A stretch of 64,000 bases of DNA, from the IMG/VR virus record IMGVR_UViG_3300025646_000024, positions 1-64,000 of that record; one strand, given 5' to 3'. Below the pieces are notes generated by a model. It made no database searches and was not told where the DNA came from. It saw nothing but the letters and a program-made list of their open reading frames with translations. Origin of the DNA: a virus. The translations under genes and the position numbers were made by a program. Positions 19,951-27,765 of the stretch are shown here, piece after piece (the stretch's first letter is position 1; each line of letters starts with the position of its first letter).

Positions 19951-19979
19951 AGTATATCACATCACGCCGAATTTGTCAA
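19951..19979 (-). promoter_or_regulatory. Near-consensus leftward sigma70 promoter
   Basis: Minus strand reads TTGACA-17 bp-TATACT; no credible ORF downstream. Confidence 0.8.
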
Positions 19980-20158
19980 GCCCCCCAGCCCAAAAAACCC
20001 ATAAGGACTCCAAATCATTCCGAGGCCACCAATAAGTATTACTAATATAAGCATTCCAAATCCCTCCGAGTCCATTCATTAGCATTACTAATCACAGACC
20101 CCTTGACATACCACCCAGGATCAGGTATATTACATATGTCACTGAGACACCCCAACCC

Positions 20159-20353
20159 ATGAACTACCCAGACGTGGTACAATTCTTCAGCCCATCCATG
20201 AAACAAGATGAGATGATTGAAGTATTAACAGAAGAACTTTATAGTAATAACTACAAACTAATGGAAATGATTATTGAGGAATATGTAACCTCTATGGATA
20301 GTGAACAGTTGACTCATTTAGAATGTTTTATCAATAACAACCTGACTGATTAG
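20159..20353 (+). CDS. Small acidic hypothetical protein
   Basis: ORF behind promoter 20103; its stop TAG lies inside box B at 20347. Confidence 0.65.
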   Translation: MNYPDVVQFFSPSMKQDEMIEVLTEELYSNNYKLMEMIIEEYVTSMDSEQLTHLECFINNNLTD

Positions 20354-20426
20354 TAACACTTATGGCTCAGGGGGTTGACTCCAGCCCCAATTCAGGCCAT
20401 ACTTGAATCGTTCACCACCTGAACCC

Positions 20427-20986
20427 ATGAAACTCACCACCGAGCAAACTCAAGACCTGCTGACTGCACATTGCTATCGAGTTATTGATAACATGGATGC
20501 AGATGATTTGTTTAGCTATGCTATGCAACTCATGATGCAATCTTTTGACAAGAATCCTGGCCAAGGTGATACAGATGTTGAAGGATTGATTTCTGACATC
20601 TGGATTGCAGAAGATGAGGATGATGATAGTGCTCAAGAGTTTATTGCTGGTGTTCTAGGTAATGAACTCGCAGAGGAGATTGTAAAGACTACTCAATTCT
20701 AATTATTAACAATGGAAACTAGCTTCGATTTCCCTGAACTAGAGACTGAATGGCAGGATGACATGTTAATTCCTGCAGATGATGACTATGAAAGTGAACA
20801 ACACTTTCAGCAGTTTATTAACTCCAACACTGATTATTGATTATTATGTCTAAAGCACTTCTGGTTTCAATGCTTCGCAAAGGTCAAACTGGCAATGAGA
20901 TTCTCACGATTCTTAACATGCTCGCCAGTGAAGATGAAGACATTAGTAATACTAATGAACCAACTCTAGATGAGATTGAGTTCTGA
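20427..20986 (+). CDS. Three-gene acidic module, copy 1 (20427-20702; 20712-20840, 42 aa; 20846-20986, 46 aa)
   Basis: MKLTTEQ..., METSFDFPEL...FINSNTDY, MSKALLVSMLRKG...DEIEF; paralogous to copy 2 with reading frames conserved. Confidence 0.75.
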
Positions 20987-21067
20987 TTAGTATTACTAAT
21001 CATTCAGGGGGTTGACAAGACCCTGAAAATCGGTTAAGTTACCTTTGTTCACTTCTGAACCACTCCA

Positions 21068-21512
21068 ATGGCTCTGATTCTCGACACCAGCAATCAGTAC
21101 AACTCTGTTGCAAACCATGACTACAAAATGACATGGTGTGCATCTTGGGTTGACCATTATAATTTCCTTGCAGGTATTAGCTTTAATACTGAAGCTGAAA
21201 CTGCAATGTATAAAGAAGAGATGATGGAATATCTCTGCTATGATGTCTGATTAGTATTACTAATCAATCGGGGGGTTGACACCTCAACCCCCACCTGCTA
21301 CATTATCAATGTTCACTACTGAACCCATGACCAACACTTTTGACCGTGATTCGCTGATTGAAACCTATGTTCAGCAGCTTATTGATGGTATGGACATGAA
21401 GACTATGGAGCGTATGGTTTATGATACCTTGATTGACAATCTTTCTTCCTATTCTGATGAAGAACTGATTACAGAGGTTGAAGAATACAATCCCGAACTG
21501 TTGGAGGATTGA
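21068..21512 (+). CDS. Two single-gene cassettes (21068-21250; about 21327-21512)
   Basis: Each has its own promoter and ends at the TGA of box B; the second resembles the N-terminus of the 20427/21590 family (L.....ID.MD). Confidence 0.7.
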
Positions 21513-21589
21513 TCAGCATTACTAATCAATCGGGGGGTTGACAGGGATCAATCCCCATGCCATACTTACATCGTTCACCACACAAGGCC

Positions 21590-22134
21590 ATGAACCTCAC
21601 TTCTGAACAGGTCAAAGATCTCTGTCAGGCACATTGTTATCGTGTCATTGAACAAATGAACCACGATGATTTAATTAGCTATGCTGTACAGATGATGTAC
21701 ATGTCATTTGAAAAGAATCCTGGTGATGGTGACATTGATGTTGAAATGTTGGTTTCTGACATCTATGTTGCTGAAGATGAAGATGATGATTCTGTGTATG
21801 AATTTGTTTCTGGCACAGTAGGTGAAGAGATTGCTGAACAAGTTATTAACTATCAATTCTGAATCATGGACACTTATGATTTCGCTGAACTTGAGGCTGA
21901 AGTATTTGACTGGCAGGATGATATGTTGATTCCTGCCGATGATGATGCTGAAGCTGACAAACATTTCAGCCAGTTTATTAACTCCAACACTGATTATTGA
22001 TTATTATGTCTACAGAAGTTCTGATTTCGATGCTTCGCAAGGGAAAGAATGGTGAGCAAATTCTCACTATTCTCGACATGATTACTGGTGAGGATGATAC
22101 TGCAGAGCCCACATCTGAAGAGATTGAGTTCTGA
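21590..22134 (+). CDS. Three-gene acidic module, copy 2 (21590-21862; 21866-22000, 44 aa; 22006-22134, 42 aa)
   Basis: MNLTSEQ..., MDTYDFAEL...FINSNTDY, MSTEVLISMLRKG...EEIEF. Confidence 0.75.
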
Positions 22135-22215
22135 TTAGTATTACTAATCATTCAAGGGGTTGACAAACTCAGCCCCATCCTGTAAATTATTAACCGTACA
22201 CCTGCTGAACACATC

Positions 22216-22479
22216 ATGGCAACTGCAATCGCTCCTGTACATCGTCAGTTTACTAAAGAGCAATCTAGTGCTATTCATTCTATTACTATCCCTGGTGATA
22301 GTAATGATGTTTTTATTAACTATCATAGCAATGCAGATAAAGTTTACAACTTCACTGCATCAGATAGTTACATTGAATTCCTAAGTGATCTTCTCACTAA
22401 TGATGAGATCCTGAAGAATGTTAGCATTGGTTCTACTATTGCTGATGGGCGACGGACTGAAGAACTGAAGTCTGTCTGA
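22216..22479 (+). CDS. KTSC-domain-like small protein
   Basis: SSAIHSI....V.INY......YNF......SIG pattern resembles KTSC (SS.I.SI.Y...L.V.F..G..Y.Y...S.G). Confidence 0.45.
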   Translation: MATAIAPVHRQFTKEQSSAIHSITIPGDSNDVFINYHSNADKVYNFTASDSYIEFLSDLLTNDEILKNVSIGSTIADGRRTEELKSV

Positions 22480-22602
22480 TAGAATCTATGGGGGGTGAGA
22501 TTCCCCCCTTTTCATTACATTATTACAGATTGTGACAGCTGAACTCATTGCAGCCCTGATCATGCTTAAACTGTTGAACACAGCCCATCGCAAACTCTCA
22601 CA

Positions 22603-23038
22603 ATGGATCCGATGATTTCTGTTCAGCCTATCAGCAAAAAGGCCAAAAACAGGTTCGCTAATCTAATGGAATCTTGCGAGCATTGTATTGTTGAACAACA
22701 CAAAGGAGATAAAGTCTTTCTGCGTAGTCTAAATGGCAGAAACTTCTTCTGGGTTAATGTACACCACGATCAGGATTGGCTGTTGGAGATGTAATTATTT
22801 CGGATTGTGAACATGGGGGCATCCAAGCCCCCAGCCATGCTGTAGGATTGATGAGTCAACCGCAAACGACACCGTGACCAGCCAAAACCCCTACGTTCAG
22901 CAGCTGCAAGCCCAGGGCAAGGAGCCCAGCAAGGCTGCTGCCCCTAAGCGGACCTTCCCTTGCACCATCGGTGCTCGGACCTTCCACACCGAGGAGCAGT
23001 ATCAGGAAGCCCTGCACGAGTTTCTGAACGGGTACTGA
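22603..23038 (+). CDS. Two single-gene cassettes (22603-22794; 22874-23038, GTG start, 54 aa)
   Basis: Each is preceded by box C and a -10 element (TAAACT 22567, TAGGAT 22843). Confidence 0.65.
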
Positions 23039-23113
23039 TAAGCAACGCTAATCAGTCGGGGGCTCCACGAGCCCCCACCAGCTGCTAGACTTTTCTCAGT
23101 TCACACCCAAGCC

Positions 23114-23782
23114 ATGAACTTCGCCCTCACCGCCATCAGCAGCAACGCTAAGACTGGCCCGATCCCCACCAGCACTAGCAGCCGTGAGACCTGCCCCAGC
23201 ACCTGCCCCTTTTACGACAAAGGGTGCTACGCTAAGTCTGGCCCCCAGAACATTCACTGGAAAAAGGTTACTGAAGGTGAGCGTGGTGTAAACTTTCAAG
23301 AGTTTACAACTGCAATCCGTAAGCTTCAGCGAGGCCAACTCTGGCGGCACAATGTATCTGGTGATCTGCCACACATTCTGGGTGACATTAACGCACCTAT
23401 GGTGGAAGCTCTCGCTGATGCAAACCGTGGCCGCAAAGGTTACACCTACACCCACCACATTCTGAATGATCATAACCTAAAGGTCATTCAGGAAGCTAAC
23501 AGCAAAGGCTTCACGATTAACGCTTCCACTGAAGACGTAGAGGTGGCTGATGCAGTGATGACAGAGCACGGTATTCCTGCTGTTGCTGTTGTCAAGTCTG
23601 ACAAAACAGATAGATTCTACAAAACAGAATCAGGTCGCAAAGTTGTCACCTGCCCCGCTACAATTCATGAGAATGTAACTTGTGCAACCTGTAAGCTTTG
23701 TGCAAAGTCTGACCGAGACTTTATCATTGCATTCCCTGCACATGGCAATGCAAAGAAAACAGTGAACGAGATTGTCGCCTAA
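23114..23782 (+). CDS. Cys-rich phage protein (GP88-like, possibly Fe-S binding)
   Basis: N.KTG...TCPSTCP....GCYA, RHNVSGD, YTYTH, NAS and C-terminal CPA....TCATCKLC motifs. Confidence 0.6.
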   Translation: MNFALTAISSNAKTGPIPTSTSSRETCPSTCPFYDKGCYAKSGPQNIHWKKVTEGERGVNFQEFTTAIRKLQRGQLWRHNVSGDLPHILGDINAPMVEALADANRGRKGYTYTHHILNDHNLKVIQEANSKGFTINASTEDVEVADAVMTEHGIPAVAVVKSDKTDRFYKTESGRKVVTCPATIHENVTCATCKLCAKSDRDFIIAFPAHGNAKKTVNEIVA

Positions 23783-23896
23783 AGTATAATTATTTCGGAT
23801 TGTGAACAATCGGGTCTGGGGCATCGCCAGCCCCCACCCGATGCTGTAGAATACGATCAAGCGAGGCAAGGGACCTCGCACAACCCACCCGAGACA

Positions 23897-26236
23897 ATGA
23901 CCAGCTCTGACCGTCTGACCCGTACCAGCATCCCCACCGTGGTGGCTGTTGCCATTGCCAAGGTCACTCTGCTGAAACCCCACGTTATCGGCAGGCACCG
24001 TGCACAGTGGCTGTTCGATCTGGCCACCAGTGAGACTGCTCTCAAGGAGGAGCGCAAGCTGGGCCGTAAGGCACTGCAGATCGCTGCCGATGCTGCTGGC
24101 CGCAGCGTGATCACCCTGGCTGATGGTCGCACCATCGGCAACCGAGTCTACAGCAAGGCCAGCAACCGCAGGCTAGTTCGCTGGAGCCAGGATCGCCCTA
24201 GCGCAGTCTGACAAGTGGCACAAGGGGGCTTGACAGCAAGCCCTTTTTTTGTCTTTTTTTATTAACTATTTTATGGCAGGGGGCGTGGCGACCATTTCAT
24301 CATCAGGCTTACCCCAGCCCTCTCTCGGTTGTGAAACTATCCTAGCACGGCACCAGCCCACTAGGACAGCTCCAAACCAGTTCAGCCACTGGCACAAGAC
24401 CCCTAGACTCTGGCCAGGATCTGTGCGATTCTATAAAGGTCAAACAAAGGCAACCCCATGAATCCCTTTCTCACTGATTCACAAGTGGAAGAACTGAATA
24501 CAATGGGTTACATTGAATTGACTGAAGAATTATTAAGCGTTATATTTAATACTACCAATGTAGTTTGGGAGAATGATATTCTGGTAGACAAGAATTATTA
24601 TCAATAATACAAAATTATTAACCGTAATAGGTAATACTTAACCATACATTCCCCCATACACATAGGGGCACAATGTATGATTAAAGCACACACCTAGGCC
24701 AGTCCAGAGACTGGCCACCAGCTGGCCCAGACCCCACCAGCCCACCTGCTATACTGATCTCAGTTCAGCCAAAGGCCATGATCGCCAACCACGCCACCGC
24801 ACAAGACTTCGCCAACTGGGAAGCCAAGGCCAAGGCCATGACCATGGCTGAGCTGCTATGGTCGGCACAGGATGCTCGCAAGGCCGAACAGGCGATGCGA
24901 GGCTGGAACCCCATCGCTGAGGGTCGCTACAGCGATGAGGCAAGCACCTATGGCGATGAGATCCGCCGCCGCAGGGCCAGAGCCTGAGCTGGCCCAGGGC
25001 CACCTGGCCCACTGGCACACTCCAAACCCCAGTGGGCCAGCTCCAAACCCGTCACAGTGTGACAATCCAAAAAGCTGCACAAGCCCCTGTTGCCAGCTGC
25101 CGCTTGGGCCTGCTAGTGTTGATCACGTACACCGCACTACAGCGATGCAACCCACCGTCACCCTGACCCTGACCGCTTGGGAGGCCGAGCAGCTGCGCCG
25201 CATGGCCTTCGACTCCAGTTCCTACTGGTTCGGCATCCTGCAGGAGGCATTCAACGACCCTGCCAACACCAGGGATCGGGAAGCCATTGAGCGCCTGTGG
25301 CGTCAAAGCGGGGCCATGGCCCAGCGCCTGGGTGAGCTGATCGGCTGATCAACCACGGGGCCACCATCTGGCCCCACCATGATGTACACTTAATCTCAAG
25401 CGGGCCGACAGGAGCCCGCACACCCCCCAGAGACAATGGCAAACGACATCGCCACCCTCGCCCTCGCCTACAAGCAGGCCACTGATGCCCTGAAGCTCGC
25501 CGAGCAGGCCAAAGCCGATGCCAGCCTGGCCTTGGTGGAAGCCATGCAGGCTGCCGAACAGGAGCGGGTTGAAACCCCTGCAGGCAAGGTCAGCCTGTGC
25601 CAGGGTCGCCGCACCGTTAAGGTCACTTGCAAAGCTTTGCAGGCCGAGATCAAGCTCCTACAGGAGCGGGCCGTCAGGACAGGCCGAGCCGTTGAAGCGG
25701 TGGGCAAACCCTACGTCATGATCCGCTGATCAACCATGGGGCAAGCTTGACGGCTTGCCCCTTTCTGCCCCATAATGGGGAAGTCCAAACGACACCCGAC
25801 CCATGGCCACGATCAACCCCATCGAAGCCGACTTCATCACCCATTGCATCGAGGTGTGGTGTAACGAGCTGCCGCAGATCGCTGGGCGTCCCGTGATGTT
25901 CACCACACAGGGCGAGCAGCCTGAGCAGGTGCTGCTGACTCATGATCAGATCGAAGCTCTGTACCTGCGGCTGCAGGCCCTGAAGTGAGCCCTACGGGGA
26001 GCCTACGGGCTCCCCTTCCTATCCACAACCACAACCACACACCGAGCATGTTTGAGACCCTCAGAGAGGCCACCATGGCCCGTGCAAACGATGCTGGCTG
26101 CATCCCATACCAAGACGCCCTAACCGAGGCCATCAGCCACGGTGCAGGCCAGGAGTTTATTGCCCTGTATGGGTCAGCCATCGCCTGGCCTATGGGTGTG
26201 GATGCTGGCGAGTGGCTGGCCTGGCTCGGTTACTGA
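23897..26236 (+). CDS. GC-rich single-gene cassettes (23897-24211, 24778-24987, 25145-25348, 25436-25729, 25803-25988, 26048-26236) plus AT-rich 24458-24607
   Basis: GC3-rich + strand ORFs, mostly starting 20-45 nt behind a -10 element. Confidence 0.65.
24224..24250. terminator. Rho-independent terminator overlapping a TTGACA
   Basis: GGGCTTG-ACAG-CAAGCCC then T7 and a second T7 run. Confidence 0.75.
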
Positions 26237-26408
26237 ATGTAACGGGGGAGCCAGTCTCCCCCATTGATCAGCGATACTGATCGATCAGCAGTGCTGATCA
26301 GTGGGCAGAGGCAGTATAAACGGCCCTTATGGGTCGCCGCCCCCCGTACCCGTGGAAAATTCTAAATACTCAAGCTATAAACCTTTACCAGCGACTTCGA
26401 TATATTCA

Positions 26409-26864
26409 ATGATTAAAAATAAAAAAATTTTGCCCACAAAATTTGACGGCTACTATGTTTCTGAAGACGGAAAAATTTTTACTGAGTGGCATTTAGTAAA
26501 TAATAATGGAAGATTTGGTTCAATCAGAGGAGAGCTGCGAGAAGTAAAATCTCATCCAAGAGGAGGATGTAATCCAAATGACAGATATTTAGCTGTAAAT
26601 ATTTCATTAAAAAATGACCAAGGAAAAACTATTAAGCAAATCAAATATTACTCACATAGACTCATAGCAGAGACTTTTATAGAAAACCCACAAAATTTGA
26701 AAGAAGTAGACCATATTGATGGAAACAAACAAAATAACTCAACAACAAATCTGAGGTGGGTAGATAGAAAAGAAAACCTAAAATGGATGATAGGAAATAC
26801 TTTTGGAAAAAATTTTCGACAAAAAAAATCCGAGAACCTTGTAGATTCTCGGAGAAAAAAATAA
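26409..26864 (+). CDS. HNH homing endonuclease (NUMOD4/HNH_3 type)
   Basis: YYVSEDG, HRLIAETFIENP....VDHIDGNKQNN...NLRW; ATG 26409 preferred to GTG 26301. Confidence 0.88.
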   Translation: MIKNKKILPTKFDGYYVSEDGKIFTEWHLVNNNGRFGSIRGELREVKSHPRGGCNPNDRYLAVNISLKNDQGKTIKQIKYYSHRLIAETFIENPQNLKEVDHIDGNKQNNSTTNLRWVDRKENLKWMIGNTFGKNFRQKKSENLVDSRRKK

Positions 26865-26875
26865 TTTATTTGAGA

Positions 26876-27514
26876 TTAGTCTTTACCTCTCTTTGGATTT
26901 TCAACTCCTAGTCTTGCTCTTGCAGAATTACGATTCAATCTGAATCTCTTAGTCAGGTCTTTACCTGTCTTAACTGCTTCTTTTCCTTCTTTAGACTTTC
27001 TAAATTGCTTTTCTTGTGATGCCATGCTTTTCATCACAAATCTTGGAACTGGCTGATCTCTTTTTGCATTTCTTGCAAATGATCTCCTTTGTGATGTTCT
27101 AGGTGATACTGTAGTAATAGATCTAAAATCAGCATCTTTCTTTAGACTATCATCAGTGCTCTTTTTAAACTTTGGATTAACATTAGTGTTATCCTGAATT
27201 CTTGGCTTAGATTTATCTGCGTTTCTTAGTCGATTCATTGTAAGTTTGTGGACTTCAGGAAACTTAGATTGATTAGATCTATTACCATGAATTGTTTCTC
27301 GTGCATCATCATATCCAGTTGCAGTTCCACCAGTCTTCTTGGCTAGCCCTTTTGCCATTGTTGATTTACCAGAGCCAGGCATTCCAGCCATTTTAATATC
27401 TAATGGTGCACTAGATTTGCCACTCTTTGCACCTGGCTTTGGTGTTCTACCTTGCTTTGATGCAACTTGTGATCTTCTAGAAGATTCTAAAAGAAATTCA
27501 GAATATGTCTTCAT
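26876..27514 (-). CDS. Very basic P-loop kinase (AAA_33/PNK-like) with N-terminal capsid-targeting-like motif
   Basis: MKTYSEFLLES; GMPGSGKST, YDDARE, DNTN, RNAKRD..VP; AATAAATA late-type promoter on the minus strand at 27533-40. Confidence 0.8.
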   Translation of the reverse strand: MKTYSEFLLESSRRSQVASKQGRTPKPGAKSGKSSAPLDIKMAGMPGSGKSTMAKGLAKKTGGTATGYDDARETIHGNRSNQSKFPEVHKLTMNRLRNADKSKPRIQDNTNVNPKFKKSTDDSLKKDADFRSITTVSPRTSQRRSFARNAKRDQPVPRFVMKSMASQEKQFRKSKEGKEAVKTGKDLTKRFRLNRNSARARLGVENPKRGKD

Positions 27515-27572
27515 ATAATTGAATTTTTTAAATATTTATTTCGGCTATATACTGTAGTTTTAAATACAATAC

Positions 27573-27755
27573 ATGTCAACATTTTCTTCATTTACTACTG
27601 AGGTACAGTATGATGATGCATCTGGAGAATACTTCATTACATTCCCAGATGAGCTTATAGATGAGATGCAATGGCAAGAGGGTGATACTTTAGAATTTGA
27701 ATACTTTGATCACCATGATACTCCTGGTATTCGCATACATAAAGTAGGAGACTGA
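27573..27755 (+). CDS. AbrB/MazE-like swapped-hairpin small protein
   Basis: GEYFITFPDELIDEMQWQEGDTLEF matches the AbrB pattern. Confidence 0.7.
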   Translation: MSTFSSFTTEVQYDDASGEYFITFPDELIDEMQWQEGDTLEFEYFDHHDTPGIRIHKVGD

Positions 27756-27765
27756 CCCTAATAAT

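Larger units (their letters stand above)
20076..22188 (+). promoter_or_regulatory. Six box-B sigma70 promoters
   Basis: -35/-10 pairs all 17 bp apart: 20103 TTGACA/20126 TATATT; 20375 TTGACT/20398 CATACT; 21012 TTGACA/21035 TAAGTT; 21276 TTGACA/21299 TACATT; 21538 TTGACA/21561 CATACT; 22160 TTGACA/22183 TAAATT. Confidence 0.85.
20030..26300 (+). repeat. Dispersed 19-bp palindrome (box B, TGATTAG-N5-CTAATCA) upstream of promoters
   Basis: Identical copies at 20984, 21248, 22132; variants at 20030, 20076, 20347, 20940, 21510, 23036, 26265, 26282. Confidence 0.9.

Noticed and set aside
19697-20004. ORFs 19697-19960 (-) and 19804-20004 (+)
   Set aside because: They are translations of the 42-bp repeat (length divisible by 3), with no other sign of coding
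20984-21002. Box B as an NtcA, Fur or LexA site
   Set aside because: It lacks GTA-N8-TAC, and its 9-1-9 arms differ from the 7-1-7 Fur box and the cyanobacterial LexA motif
24275-24325. Hammerhead ribozyme (CUGAUGA...GAAA on the minus strand)
   Set aside because: There is no stem II between CUGAUGA and GAAA, and no UH cleavage triplet after the putative stem III
26301-26408. Small-RNA/leader module, or N-terminal extension, for the third (HNH) endonuclease
   Set aside because: No double TATAAATA, terminator or seed/target complementarity is visible; the extension is GC-rich non-coding-like sequence
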